Origin: Candidatus Aminicenantes bacterium
GTDB lineage: Bacteria; Acidobacteriota; Aminicenantia; Aminicenantales; Saccharicenantaceae
Direction: 5' to 3'
DNA: 64,000 nucleotides
Assembly: GCA_041303965.1 (NCBI GenBank)
Contig: JBFYOD010000001.1
Coordinates: forward strand, 30,552-94,551
Under the pieces are notes generated by a model, which saw nothing but the letters and a program-made list of their open reading frames with translations, ran no database searches and had not been told where the DNA came from. How positions within the stretch are numbered: the first letter of the stretch is position 1; every line of letters begins with the position of its first letter. Shown piece after piece: positions 16,870-28,702 of this stretch. The position numbers and the translations under genes were made by a program.

Positions 16870-17517
16870 ATGGAAACGATCGAAGTCATCCTGAAGCTCG
16901 TCCTGGCCATAGCTCTCGGCGGGTTGATCGGACTCGAACGGGAGGCCAGCCAGAAACCGGCCGGCTTCCGGACGAACATCCTGGTCTGCGTGGCCTCGGC
17001 CATGATGATGACCCTGGCTTCGCTTCTCGTCGAGGCCAAGGGCGGAACGTCCGACACGCTCGTCCGCATGGCCGCCGGGGTCATCACCGGCGTCGGTTTC
17101 CTCGGCGCCGGGACCATCTTCCAAGCCCGGGGGACGATCGCCGGCCTGACGACGGCCTCGACGCTCTGGCTCGTCGCCGGCCTGGGACTGGTCATCGGCG
17201 CCGGCTTTTACCTGCCGGCGCTCATCTTCACCGCCCTGACGATCACCACCCTGCTTCTCTTCCGCAAGATCGAGGATTCCTACCTCCGCAAGTCCCAGTT
17301 CCATTATCACCTGAAGGCCAAGGCGCGACCCTACATCCTCTCCAGCCTCCGCAAGCTCGCCCTCCATCACGGCGTCCGGCTCGAGCGGCTGACCATGAAA
17401 CAGGAGGGGCCGTCTTATCTTCTGGCATTCTCGTTCTCGTCCTCGGAGGAGAAGGAACAGGAGTTCAACCAGGGACTCCTCGAGCTGGCTGACATCGAAG
17501 AGCTGAAGATTGACTGA
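16870..17517 (+). CDS. MgtC/SapB family membrane protein
   Basis: METIEVILKLVLAIALGGLIGLEREASQKPAGFRTNILV...GVITGVGFLGAGTI, the MgtC signature. I prefer ATG at 16870 inside the 16858 ORF. Confidence 0.85.
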   Translation: METIEVILKLVLAIALGGLIGLEREASQKPAGFRTNILVCVASAMMMTLASLLVEAKGGTSDTLVRMAAGVITGVGFLGAGTIFQARGTIAGLTTASTLWLVAGLGLVIGAGFYLPALIFTALTITTLLLFRKIEDSYLRKSQFHYHLKAKARPYILSSLRKLALHHGVRLERLTMKQEGPSYLLAFSFSSSEEKEQEFNQGLLELADIEELKID

Positions 17518-18157
17518 GCGCCGCCTCCTCTTGGCGACCCAGAACCCCGGCAAGGTCCGGGAGATCCGCCGTGCGCTGAAGGGCTTTCCACTAAAGATCA
17601 TCGGGCTGGAAGACGTCCTTCCCGGCCTTGCCCACAGGGAACGAGGCAAGACCTTTTCCGAGAACGCTCGGGCCAAGGGCCTCTATTACAGCCGGAAATG
17701 GGACGGTCTGATCCTGGCCGAGGACTCGGGCCTTGAGATCGAAGCCCTGGACGGAGCGCCGGGGGTCCGCTCGGCGCGTTTCTCGGGCCCGAGACCGTCC
17801 GACGAGAAGAACAACCGGAAAGTCCTTCATCTCCTTCGAGAAGCTCCGGCGGCAGAGCGGAAGGCCCGCTTCGTCTGCGTCATGGTCATTGCCAAGCAGG
17901 GCCGTATCGTCAGGGAATTCCGCGGCGAGGTCCGAGGCAGGATAGGACTCGCGCCGCAAGGAGCTTCGGGATTCGGATACGATCCGCTTTTCTATTACCC
18001 GCCGCTGCGACGGACCTTCGCCGAGCTTCCGCCCGAGGTCAAAAACGCGGTCAGCCACCGCGGCCGGGCCGTCCTCAAGCTTCGCGCCTTCCTCGAAGCC
18101 GAAAAAGCGGCCCCGCCCGGAGGCCTTCCGGGCAGGGCCGCGGCCGGGCGAAATTAG
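17510..18157 (+). CDS. rdgB: Non-canonical purine NTP pyrophosphatase (RdgB/HAM1 family)
   Basis: LLLATQNPGKVREI...EDSGLEIEALDGAPGVRSARF...GFGYDPLFY...SHRGRA. Confidence 0.85.
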   Translation: MTERRLLLATQNPGKVREIRRALKGFPLKIIGLEDVLPGLAHRERGKTFSENARAKGLYYSRKWDGLILAEDSGLEIEALDGAPGVRSARFSGPRPSDEKNNRKVLHLLREAPAAERKARFVCVMVIAKQGRIVREFRGEVRGRIGLAPQGASGFGYDPLFYYPPLRRTFAELPPEVKNAVSHRGRAVLKLRAFLEAEKAAPPGGLPGRAAAGRN

Positions 18158-18456
18158 CTTTCTCCACCCACCGTGATCAGGTCGCGGATATTTTCGAAGA
18201 CCTTCTCGCCGATCCCCTGGACCTTCATGATCTCCTCGACCTTCTTGAAATTCCCGTTCTTGGTCCGGAAATCGATGATCCTCTGGGCGACCTTGGGACC
18301 GATCCTTGGCAGGGTTTCGAGCTCCGAAACCGAGGCCGTGTTGATGTTGACCTTCGCTTTCGGCGCGGCCGACTGGGCGTAGGCCGAGGCCAGGGAGAAG
18401 ACGACGATCGCCGCGGCCAGCCCGAACGCCAGAACCTTGTTTCTTTGTGCGGTCAT
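18154..18456 (-). CDS. comEA: ComEA-like helix-hairpin-helix DNA-binding protein
   Basis: 100 aa with an N-terminal TM/signal segment, then VNINTASVSELETLPRIGPKVAQRIIDFR...KVQGIGEKVFENI. Confidence 0.8.
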   Translation of the reverse strand: MTAQRNKVLAFGLAAAIVVFSLASAYAQSAAPKAKVNINTASVSELETLPRIGPKVAQRIIDFRTKNGNFKKVEEIMKVQGIGEKVFENIRDLITVGGES

Positions 18457-18694
18457 TGGTGTGACCTCCTTTCGCCGGCCTATAATGCATCCGCGATGCC
18501 AACCGGAGCAGTTGCCTAATCTATTTGTTTTATGTCCGTTAGGTGGAGGCCCCGAGCAGGCGCGTCAAGACCCGTGGACAAACCGACCAACACCGGGAAA
18601 CGCAAGTTTGCGGGTCGGACGGTCACCGGGGTGCGGGAGATGCATGACCCCCATCGCTGACAATAACGGGCAGCGTCATCAGGGGTGGTTGAAT

Positions 18695-19579
18695 TCAGGA
18701 CCGCGGGTGGCTTTTTTTGTAGACGGCGAGAAGCTGTTTGAGGTCGACGTGGGTATACTTCTGCGTCGTGGCCAGGCTCGCGTGCCCGAGGAGCTCCTGG
18801 ATGACGCGCAGGTCCGCCCCCCGGCCGAGGAGGTGGGAGGCGAAGGAATGGCGGAGGGAGTGGGGGCTGATCTTCCGGGCGACGGCCGTTCTGTGTATGC
18901 GTTTGTGGACCATCCTCTGAACGGACCTCGTCGTCAGCCGCCCACCGCGGTAATTGAGGAAAAAAGCCGGCTCGGCGGCCTCCTTGTCGACGAGCCCCCG
19001 CCGCACCTTGGAATATTCTTCGAGGGTCTCACGCGCCTTCCGGCCGAAGGGGACGATCCGCTCCTTCTTGCCCTTGCCCCGGACCCGGACCAGGCGTTCC
19101 CCGAAATGGAGATCGCCCGTCTCGATGCCGACGAGCTCGCTGACCCGGATGCCCGTGGCGTAGAAGAGCTCGAGGATGGCCTTGTCCCGCAGGTCAAGGG
19201 GCTTCCCCGACCGCGGCAGATCGAGGAGGGCGGTCGTTTCGTCCTCGGATAGAAAAGAGGGGACTTTCTTCTCCTGCTTAGGCGTCGCCAGGACCTTGGC
19301 CGGGTTCTCCGTGGTCCATTTCTTCCGGACGCAGAAAGCATAGAAGGAGCGCAGGGCGGCGAGCTTGCGGCCGATGGTCGACTTCTTCCGTTTTTTTTCG
19401 TGAAGCTCGGCCAGGAAGCCCCGCAGCAGGACGTTGCCGGCCTTGTCCCAGCGGACCTCTCGTTCTTTCAGGTAGGCCGCGACCTGCCGGAGGTCGCGTT
19501 CGTAGGCGGCCAGGGTGTGCGGGGAAGCGTTCTTCTCGTGTCTGAGGAAAGAAAGGAATTCAAAGATTTCCTTGTTCAT
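18695..19579 (-). CDS. xerC: Tyrosine site-specific recombinase XerC/XerD
   Basis: MNKEIFEFLSFLRHEKNASPHTLAAYERDL...ATGIRVSEL...HSLRHSFASHLL...LLGHASLATTQKYTHV. Lies in dprA-topA-xerC housekeeping synteny. Confidence 0.9.
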   Translation of the reverse strand: MNKEIFEFLSFLRHEKNASPHTLAAYERDLRQVAAYLKEREVRWDKAGNVLLRGFLAELHEKKRKKSTIGRKLAALRSFYAFCVRKKWTTENPAKVLATPKQEKKVPSFLSEDETTALLDLPRSGKPLDLRDKAILELFYATGIRVSELVGIETGDLHFGERLVRVRGKGKKERIVPFGRKARETLEEYSKVRRGLVDKEAAEPAFFLNYRGGRLTTRSVQRMVHKRIHRTAVARKISPHSLRHSFASHLLGRGADLRVIQELLGHASLATTQKYTHVDLKQLLAVYKKSHPRS

Positions 19580-21845
19580 CGGGCCCACCGGGCTCCCCGG
19601 GCGTTCCGGATTCCTCGGGCGTCTCGGGTTTCTCCCAGATCTTTTCCCTGGGCGCCGCTTCCTTGAACGCGCACTTCTCGTTCCGGCAATAGATATAGGG
19701 GTCGCCGCGGACGAGGTTCTTTTTGAGCAGGATCTTCTCGCCGCACTGCGGGCAGGGCCGGTTGATCGGCTCGTCCCAGGTGGCGAAGGTACACTTCGGG
19801 TAGTTGCCGCAGCCGAAGAAGAGCTTCCCCCGGCGCGTCTTTCGGCGCAAGAGTTTGCCGCCGCAGGCGAGCGGGCAGTCGATCCCCGTCTCGGCGTTCT
19901 CCTTTTTAATGTACTTGCACTTGGGATAGTCGGGGCAGGCGACGAAAGCGCCGTATTTCCCGAACTTCTGGACGAGCTGGGCGCCGCACTGGGGACACTT
20001 CTCGTCCAGAGGCTTGGATTCCTGCTTGACCATGCTTTCGCGGAACTTGCATTCGGGATAGCCGGCGCAGGCCTTGAACTGGCCGAAGCGGCCGTACTTG
20101 ATGACCACTTGGCCGCCGCACTTGGGGCACTTCTCGTCGATGGGGATGCCCTTCAAGACCTCCGGGCTGTCCCCGGCCAGCTTGAGGTACTCCTCGAGGA
20201 GCGTGTAGTATTCCTTGAGGCTATCGAGGCCTTTACGCGTCCCCTCGGAGATCTGGTCGAGCTCCTCCTCCATGTGGGCGGTGAACTTGTACTCCATGAG
20301 GGTCACGAAGTATTTGACGAGGAAGTCAATAACATACATCCCCAGTTCTGTCGGGATGAACTTGCCCTTATCTTTGACGACGTAAGTGCGGCTCTGGATC
20401 GTGGCCAGGATCGGCGCGTAGGTGCTCGGCCGGCCGATGCCGCGGGCCTCGAGCTCCTTGACCAGCGTCCCTTCCGTGTAGCGGGGAGGCGGCTCGGTGA
20501 ACTTCTGTTTGGATTCAAGCTCCAGCAACTTGAGCGTTTCTCCCGCCGCGGCCTTGGGCAGGAGTTCCTTTTCACCGTCCCCGTTCGGCCACAGGGCCAG
20601 AAAGCCGTCGAACTTGACGACTTCGCCCTTGTTCTGGAAGAGGTAGCGGTCGGCCCGGATATCGAACGCGGTCTCCTCGATGACGGCAGGGGCCATCTGC
20701 GAGGCGAGGAACCTGTTCCAAACGAGCTTGTAAACGTCGTACTCCTCTTTCTTGAGGAAGGGCTTGACCTTGTCCGGGGGCAGGTCGAGGTGGGCGGGAC
20801 GGATCGCCTCGTGGGCGTCCTGGGCTTTTTTCTTGCTCTTGTAGTGATTCGGCTTGGCCGGGACGTACGCGGGCGAGTATTTCTGCTCGATGTAAGCCCG
20901 GGCCGCCGCCTGGGCCGACTCGGAGACGCGCAGGGAATCCGTGCGCATGTAGGTGATGAGCCCGGTCTGGCCGAGATCCCCGATGGCCATTCCTTCGTAG
21001 AGCTTCTGGGCGACGAACATCGTCTTCTTCACCGGAAATCGGAGAAGCCGGAAACCGTCCTGCTGGAGCGTACTGGTGATGTAGGGCGGGGCGGGGTGCT
21101 TGTGTTTTTCCTTGACCTCGACCTTGTCGAGGACGAACGGCGCCCGCTCGCACGCGGCGACGATCGCCCCGGCCTGTTCGGCGTTCTTGACCTTGGCCTT
21201 TTTTCCGTCGATCTTGGCCAGCGCGGCCTTGAACGCGGGCGGGACCTGGGCCTCGAGCCGGGCGGCGATCGTCCAGTACTCCTCAGTGACGAAGGCCTTG
21301 ATCTCCTTCTCCCTGTCGCAGATCAGCCGCAGGGCCACGGACTGGACCCGGCCGGCGGAGAGGCCCCGGGCGACCTTCTTCCAGAGGAGGGGGCTGATAC
21401 GGTAGCCGACGAGGCGATCGAGGATGCGCCGCGTCTGCTGGGCCTCGAGCTTAGCCAGGTCGATCTGGCCGAGGTTGCGGAATGCGGCCTGGACGCCCTC
21501 CTCGGTGATCTCGTGGAAGACGGCCCGCAAGATGCGCGGATTGTCTTCTTCGAGGATCTGGGCGAGGTGCCAGGCGATGGCCTCCCCTTCCCGGTCGGGG
21601 TCGGCCGCCAGAATGACCCGCTCGCTGTCGCGGGCCGCTTTTTTGAGCTCGGCGACGATCTTTTTTTTCTCGGGGATGATCTGGTAGGTCGGCTGGAAAT
21701 CGGCCTGAGTGTCGACGCCGAGCTGCTTTTTCGGCAGGTCGCGGACGTGTCCCATCGAGGCCTTGACGATGTAGTCGTCACCTAAATAATGATTGACCGT
21801 CTTCGCCTTGGCCGGCGATTCGACGATGACAAGTGATTTCGCCAA
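19560..21845 (-). CDS. topA: DNA topoisomerase I
   Basis: 761 aa, MAKSLVIVESPAKAKT...DPDREGEAIAWH..., with four C-terminal CxxC...CxxC zinc ribbons. Confidence 0.97.
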   Translation of the reverse strand: MAKSLVIVESPAKAKTVNHYLGDDYIVKASMGHVRDLPKKQLGVDTQADFQPTYQIIPEKKKIVAELKKAARDSERVILAADPDREGEAIAWHLAQILEEDNPRILRAVFHEITEEGVQAAFRNLGQIDLAKLEAQQTRRILDRLVGYRISPLLWKKVARGLSAGRVQSVALRLICDREKEIKAFVTEEYWTIAARLEAQVPPAFKAALAKIDGKKAKVKNAEQAGAIVAACERAPFVLDKVEVKEKHKHPAPPYITSTLQQDGFRLLRFPVKKTMFVAQKLYEGMAIGDLGQTGLITYMRTDSLRVSESAQAAARAYIEQKYSPAYVPAKPNHYKSKKKAQDAHEAIRPAHLDLPPDKVKPFLKKEEYDVYKLVWNRFLASQMAPAVIEETAFDIRADRYLFQNKGEVVKFDGFLALWPNGDGEKELLPKAAAGETLKLLELESKQKFTEPPPRYTEGTLVKELEARGIGRPSTYAPILATIQSRTYVVKDKGKFIPTELGMYVIDFLVKYFVTLMEYKFTAHMEEELDQISEGTRKGLDSLKEYYTLLEEYLKLAGDSPEVLKGIPIDEKCPKCGGQVVIKYGRFGQFKACAGYPECKFRESMVKQESKPLDEKCPQCGAQLVQKFGKYGAFVACPDYPKCKYIKKENAETGIDCPLACGGKLLRRKTRRGKLFFGCGNYPKCTFATWDEPINRPCPQCGEKILLKKNLVRGDPYIYCRNEKCAFKEAAPREKIWEKPETPEESGTPGEPGGPDEQGNL

Positions 21846-22949
21846 TTACATTCTCCTCTGAAACTGCTTCCCGGGATGCTGGACGACGACCCCCTTCAGC
21901 TCGAGGCCGAGCAGGAGCGCCAGCAGGCCGGATATGGACAGGCCCGACTTTTCGGCCAGATCGTCGATCGGAAGCGCCGCGTCGACGGGCAGTTCGTTCA
22001 CGAGCCGGCGCTCTTCCCGGCTCAGAGAATCCGGACTATTCTCCTCTTTCTCGCTTTTCAGCGCAAGGAGATTTTCCCGCCACGGCGACGGCAGGGCCTC
22101 GGCCACGTCCTCCCAGGACTCGACGAGCTTGGCCCCGTCCCGTATGAGGGCGTTCGAGCCCCAACTCTCGGCGGAGGTCACGTTGCCGGGCACGGCCATG
22201 ACCTCCCGGTCCTGCGACAAGGCCAGCCGGGCCGAAATGAGCGACCCGCTGCGCCGGGCGGCTTCGACGACGATGAGCCCGAGCGAGAGGCCGCTGATGA
22301 TCCGGTTGCGGATGGGGAAGTGCTCGGCGAGCGGCGGTGTGCCCAGGGCGAACTCCGAGACGACGGCACCCCGCCCGGCGATCTCCCGGGCGAGGCCGCA
22401 GTTCTCCCGCGGATACGGGACATCCAAACCGGAACCTAACACGGCCACCGTCCTTCCCTGTTTGAGGGCTCCCCGGTGAGCGCAGGCATCGATGCCGAGC
22501 GCCAAGCCGCTCGTGACGACCAAGCCGCGGCTGGCCAGTTCGTCAGCCAGCTTCTCGGCCACGGCCCGTCCGTAAGGGGTGGGCCTTCTCGTCCCGACGA
22601 CGGCCACCGCGGCTTCCCGAAGCGTCTCCGCGTCGCCCTCGCAATAGAGGACGAACGGAGGGTCGTAGATCTCTCTCAGGTAATCCGGGTACCCGGGGTC
22701 CTCAAAGGTCAAAAGAGTATACGCCTTCCGCCCGATTTTTTCTACTTCCTCGCCGGCCAGGCCGATGGCCCGGCCGGATACGATCGTTTCGATCGTCCCG
22801 TTTTCCAAGCGCAGCCCCTCGAAGTCGGCTGGCTTGGCCAGGAAGACGTCAAGGACCGAAGGGAAGCGCCCGAGGACCCGTCGGGCCGCCGCGCTCGGTC
22901 CGTGAAAAACGAGGTGGAGGGCCAGCCAACAGAGGTTTCGGTCGTCCAC
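21846..22949 (-). CDS. dprA: DNA processing protein DprA (Smf)
   Basis: ...DPGYPDYLREIYDPPFVLYCEGD...VVGTRRPTPYG...SGLALGIDACAHRGAL...FPIRNRIISGLS... Confidence 0.9.
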   Translation of the reverse strand: MDDRNLCWLALHLVFHGPSAAARRVLGRFPSVLDVFLAKPADFEGLRLENGTIETIVSGRAIGLAGEEVEKIGRKAYTLLTFEDPGYPDYLREIYDPPFVLYCEGDAETLREAAVAVVGTRRPTPYGRAVAEKLADELASRGLVVTSGLALGIDACAHRGALKQGRTVAVLGSGLDVPYPRENCGLAREIAGRGAVVSEFALGTPPLAEHFPIRNRIISGLSLGLIVVEAARRSGSLISARLALSQDREVMAVPGNVTSAESWGSNALIRDGAKLVESWEDVAEALPSPWRENLLALKSEKEENSPDSLSREERRLVNELPVDAALPIDDLAEKSGLSISGLLALLLGLELKGVVVQHPGKQFQRRM

Positions 22950-23016
22950 GGCGCTGTCTCCACGAGAGAAAGACGCTCGGCGGCGGCCGATCGTCCCAGT
23001 CGATGGGGAAATTCCG

Positions 23017-24327
23017 TCAGCGCCCGAAGAGGAGGGAGGACCCGGTGTAAAAAGTCCCGGCCACGGCGCCGGTCATGAGGCAGGCCAGGGTCGCCGCCAG
23101 GAGGGCCCGGAACCCGAGCCGGGACAGGTCGTGGAGCCGGGACGGGGCCAGGGCGCCGGTGCCGCCGACGAAGATCGCCAACGAGGCGACGTGGGCGAAG
23201 CCGCAGAGGGCGTAGGAGGCGATGATGGCCGAACGGGGGTCGCGCAGGGCGCCGCTCGAGATCAGGGCGGCGAGGTGGTTGTAGGACACGACCTCGGTCG
23301 TCACCGTCCTCTCGCCGATGACCTTGGCGATGGCCAGGGCGTCGGACGGCGGGACCCCCAGCACGAGGGTCAGGGGATAGAAGAGATAGCCGAGAAAGGC
23401 CTCCAGGGACCAACGGACGTTCCAGCCGAAAAGTCCGTTGAGGAGGCCACCCGCCCAGCCGAGCCCCAGGTTGAGCAGGGCCAGGATCCCCAGGAAGGCG
23501 ATGAGCAGGGCGACGATCCCGCCGAGCAGCTTGAGGCCGTCGGAAGCCCCCTTGATGATGGCCATGATCAGGTTCTCGTCCCTCTCGTAGTGCGGCTTGA
23601 CGTCGACGCCGAGCGTCAGCGGGCTCTCCGTTTCGGGCATGATCAGCTTGGCCATGACGATGCAGGCGGGCGCCGAAATGAAGGAGGCGGACACGAGATG
23701 CCCGGCGATCATCGGGATGTCGCGCTGGAGCAGGAGGGTGTACAGGCCGAGGGTGGTCGAGGCGATGGTACCCATGCCCGCGGTGATGATCGTTCCCAGT
23801 TCCGAACGGGTCATGCCGGCGAGATGCGGCTTGACGACGAGAGCCGACTCGACCCCGACGAAGATGTTGGACGAAACCGAAAGGGCCTCCGCTCCGCTGA
23901 TCCTCATGGACTTGGAGAAGATCCGGGCGAAGAGGCGGACGAAAAAGGGCATGACGCGCAGGTGGTAGAGGGCGCCGAGAAGGGCGGCGAAGAAGATGAT
24001 CGTCGGGAGGGCCTGGAAGGCCAGGGAGTAGCCGAGCGACGTCTCGCCGGCCTCGTTCGTCACCCCGGGAGGCAGGGCTACCCGGCCGAAGACGAACTTC
24101 GTGCCGGCCGTGGCGCTTTCGAGGACGGCCACGACGGCCTTGTTGACCCAGAGGAAGACCGCCGTCCCGGCCGGAAGAACGAAGACGAACAGCCCGACGA
24201 GAAGCTGGAGCCCGATGCCCCAGAAGAGGACCCGCGTGTTGACGATCTTCCGGTTCGAGGAGAAAAGCCAGGCGACGCCGGCCAGGACGAAAATCCCCAG
24301 GAAACTGACGAGGTTCGATACGGTCAT
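23017..24327 (-). CDS. nupC: NupC/NupG-family concentrative nucleoside transporter
   Basis: 436 aa, multi-TM, ...VLFWGIGLQLLVGLFV...GTKFVFG...FQALPTIIFFAAL... Confidence 0.88.
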   Translation of the reverse strand: MTVSNLVSFLGIFVLAGVAWLFSSNRKIVNTRVLFWGIGLQLLVGLFVFVLPAGTAVFLWVNKAVVAVLESATAGTKFVFGRVALPPGVTNEAGETSLGYSLAFQALPTIIFFAALLGALYHLRVMPFFVRLFARIFSKSMRISGAEALSVSSNIFVGVESALVVKPHLAGMTRSELGTIITAGMGTIASTTLGLYTLLLQRDIPMIAGHLVSASFISAPACIVMAKLIMPETESPLTLGVDVKPHYERDENLIMAIIKGASDGLKLLGGIVALLIAFLGILALLNLGLGWAGGLLNGLFGWNVRWSLEAFLGYLFYPLTLVLGVPPSDALAIAKVIGERTVTTEVVSYNHLAALISSGALRDPRSAIIASYALCGFAHVASLAIFVGGTGALAPSRLHDLSRLGFRALLAATLACLMTGAVAGTFYTGSSLLFGR

Positions 24328-24338
24328 GCCCCTCCCCC

Positions 24339-24566
24339 CTAGGGCTCGAGCCTGAACTTTTTATGGGACGAGGCCGCGCCCCGGATGAGGGTCAAGCGCG
24401 ACGGCGGGACGTCGAGGTATTCGGCCAGCCGCTCGGCGACCTCCCGATTGGCCCGCCCTTTCTCCGGGGCGGCCGCGACCCGAACCCGGAAAACTCCCTC
24501 GCCGAGCTTCTCGACGCCCGGCGCCTTGGCGCGCGGCTGGACCTTGACCGTGAGGAGCGTCGCCAT
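24339..24566 (-). CDS. DUF167 (YggU-like) protein
   Basis: 75 aa, ...VKVQPRAKAPGVE...RVRVAAAPEKGRANREV...LAEYLDVPPSRLTLIRGAASSHK. Confidence 0.75.
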   Translation of the reverse strand: MATLLTVKVQPRAKAPGVEKLGEGVFRVRVAAAPEKGRANREVAERLAEYLDVPPSRLTLIRGAASSHKKFRLEP

Positions 24567-24610
24567 GCCTCTCCGCGCCGGACGTTCCAGCGTCCAGTGC
24601 TTGTCCCTCC

Positions 24611-25399
24611 CTAGCTCCGGTCCTTGAGGACCGAGCGGTACTTGTCGAAGAGCTCCTGGAGCTCCTTCCGGGTGATGACGTAGCGACTGACGTAGACGGA
24701 CAGCGTCGAGCGGACCGGGTCGTTCGATCGGATGAGGACGTAGTCGCGCTGGGCGCCCGCCCGGGACTGCGGCGGGAAGCGGACCTCGACCTCGCGGGAC
24801 TCGCCCGAGGGCAGGAAGAAGGGTGAGGCGAGCGGCCGGCCGCCGGAGAAGAACTTGACGTTCTCATGGGCCAGCTCGACCTTGAGCTCGCGCTCGCCCA
24901 TGCTCTTGATGACGATCGTCGCCGACGGCGTCTCGCCCTCGAGCGAGAGGCCCATGTCGACGTTGTACTTGTCGACGTCGATCCTGGCCGAGGGCGGGAC
25001 CTCGATGTCGACAGTCAAACTGAGTTCGGTCCGGTCTCTCTCAGCATTGCTGGAGATGAGATAGACATAGCGGGTCATCTTCCCCGAATACCCCCGGGTG
25101 TCGAAGGTCGTCTTGATCCTGCCCTCTTTGCCCGGAAGGATCTTCTGGTCGGAAACGAGCGCCGCCGTGCAGCCGCAGGTCGTCTCGACCCGGTCGATGA
25201 CGAGGGGGACGTTCCCTTCGTTCTTGAAGACGAATTCGTGGTTGACGACGTCTCCCTGTTTGACCTTGCCGAAATTATAGGCCGTTTCCTTGAAGACGGC
25301 CCGGGGTTTCTTGGCCTGGGCCAGGGCGCCGGAAGCTAAGAGAAGGGCCACGGCCGGAACGATGACGGCGCCCAGGCGCCGCGCCGTACGGTTGCTCAT
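24611..25399 (-). CDS. DUF1573 domain-containing secreted protein
   Basis: Signal peptide, then FNFGKVKQGDVVNHEFVFKNEGNVPLVIDRVETTCGCTAA, the DUF1573 hallmark. Confidence 0.75.
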   Translation of the reverse strand: MSNRTARRLGAVIVPAVALLLASGALAQAKKPRAVFKETAYNFGKVKQGDVVNHEFVFKNEGNVPLVIDRVETTCGCTAALVSDQKILPGKEGRIKTTFDTRGYSGKMTRYVYLISSNAERDRTELSLTVDIEVPPSARIDVDKYNVDMGLSLEGETPSATIVIKSMGERELKVELAHENVKFFSGGRPLASPFFLPSGESREVEVRFPPQSRAGAQRDYVLIRSNDPVRSTLSVYVSRYVITRKELQELFDKYRSVLKDRS

Positions 25400-25459
25400 C
25401 GGTTTCTCCTCATTGAAGGATACATTATGTATACAGGATATTCCCGCATCTCCGCAAGG

Positions 25460-27289
<1,830 letters not shown>

Positions 27290-27301
27290 GTTCTTCCTCC
27301 T

Positions 27302-28702
27302 TCAGTCGTCGTCGTCGAGGGCTGCCACCACTTCGTCGTCTTCGTCCGACGGCAGCGGCATCGGACAGCCGATGAGCGGCAAGTACTTGCCCCCCTCGGC
27401 ATGCGGGTTCAGAGATTCCAGGATACGTACGTCCCCCAGGTTGGCGAGGTCGATGACCTCGCCGGCGTTATCCGGGGCCAGCACCTGGACGGACGGCCGG
27501 AAGATGTCCTGCTCGTTCACGGCCCGGACGACGCCGACCCGCCCGTCGCTCATGGAGACGAGCGTCCCCACCGGCCAGGCACCCATGAACTGGAAGAACT
27601 TGTCCAGGAGCTGGGGGTCGAAGATCTTGCCCTTCTCGAGCATCATCAGCTCATGGATCTTCTCGGGCGGATAGTCCTTCTTGTAGGACCGTTTGAGGGC
27701 CAGCGCGTCGTAGACGTCACAGATCGAGACCATCAGCGAAGCGGCGTGGGGCTTACGGGCGTAGGGCGACTTCGGATAGCCGGCCATGTCGTAGCGGAGA
27801 TGGTGCTCGTAGGACACGACGATGGGCAGGACGCCCAGGGCGTCCTTGTAGCTGTCGAGGATCTTGGCGCCGAGGAGCGGATGGTTGCGGACCTGGACGA
27901 ACTCCCCTTCGGACAGCTTGTCCTTCTTCTGGATGACCTGGAGCGAGATGTAGAGCTTGCCGACGTCGTGGTAGAGCGCGGCGATGCCCAGGTCGAGGAC
28001 GTCGTCCTTGGAGAACTGGAGCTTCGAGGCGAAGAACATCGAGAGCAGGGTGACGTTGAGGAGGTGGACGAAGGTCACCATGTCGCGCTTCTTGACCGAG
28101 ACCAGGTTGAGGAGCTCCTGGTGGCGTCCGACGAAGTCCTCCATGATGCCCAGGATGTTGAAGCGGAGGTCGAGGTAGTCGACTTCCTCCTTCGCGAGGA
28201 CGACATTGAGGGCGTTGGACACGGTTTGAACGGAGCCCTCGTACTGTATGCGTGTCTCGTCGGCCGGCGTCGCCGCCTCCTCCCCCTTGACCATGGCTCG
28301 CAGCTTGCCGGCCCGGATGTTCTGGATCCCGTGCAAGCTGAAATACTCCTGCTCGCTGATCTTTTCCTGCCGTTTGACGCGGGTCAGGAAGATGATGAAC
28401 TCGCGGAGCTCCTCGAAGCGCAGGCCCTGCTGGAAGATGATCCTCTCGATACTGTTCTTCTCCAGAAAATCGATGAGCAGGCCGAGCTTGCCGCGCAGGT
28501 TGAAAAAGATCTCGTCCTCCCAGGCCGCCTCGCCGCCGACGATGCCGAGGACGAGTTCCTTGCGGTCTTCAAGGATCTCCTGGACGGCTCCGTGGAGCCG
28601 GTCGAGGTACTCCCTGAACTTGGGGTGGTCGCCGGTGTAGATCTTTCCGGCCTGGATGGCGTTCATCAGGTAGATGAAGCAGATCTTGATCTTATCCCTC
28701 AC
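27302..28702 (-). CDS. HD-GYP domain c-di-GMP phosphodiesterase-type protein
   Basis: ALYHDVGKL (HD) and YEHHLRYDMAGYP (GYP) motifs. GTG at 28702 overlaps the upstream stop, with ATG 28666 as an alternative. The ORF extension to 28897 is rejected. Confidence 0.85.
   Translation of the reverse strand: MRDKIKICFIYLMNAIQAGKIYTGDHPKFREYLDRLHGAVQEILEDRKELVLGIVGGEAAWEDEIFFNLRGKLGLLIDFLEKNSIERIIFQQGLRFEELREFIIFLTRVKRQEKISEQEYFSLHGIQNIRAGKLRAMVKGEEAATPADETRIQYEGSVQTVSNALNVVLAKEEVDYLDLRFNILGIMEDFVGRHQELLNLVSVKKRDMVTFVHLLNVTLLSMFFASKLQFSKDDVLDLGIAALYHDVGKLYISLQVIQKKDKLSEGEFVQVRNHPLLGAKILDSYKDALGVLPIVVSYEHHLRYDMAGYPKSPYARKPHAASLMVSICDVYDALALKRSYKKDYPPEKIHELMMLEKGKIFDPQLLDKFFQFMGAWPVGTLVSMSDGRVGVVRAVNEQDIFRPSVQVLAPDNAGEVIDLANLGDVRILESLNPHAEGGKYLPLIGCPMPLPSDEDDEVVAALDDDD

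Noticed and set aside
18695-19579. Tyrosine recombinase as a possible integrase of a mobile element
   Set aside because: It sits in the conserved dprA-topA-xerC housekeeping arrangement. It has no flanking phage or transposon genes, no adjacent tRNA target and no direct repeats, which fits chromosomal XerC/XerD.
19515-21785. 756-aa plus-strand ORF antisense to topA
   Set aside because: Same high-GC antisense artefact. topA on the minus strand has clear topoisomerase I and zinc-ribbon motifs.
27290-27301. Looked for a glmS ribozyme upstream of glmS, a T-box upstream of thrS and a TPP element near dxs
   Set aside because: The upstream spacers are only 12 nt (glmS), 87 nt (thrS) and 5 nt (dxs). 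These are too short for such elements, and no conserved cores were seen.
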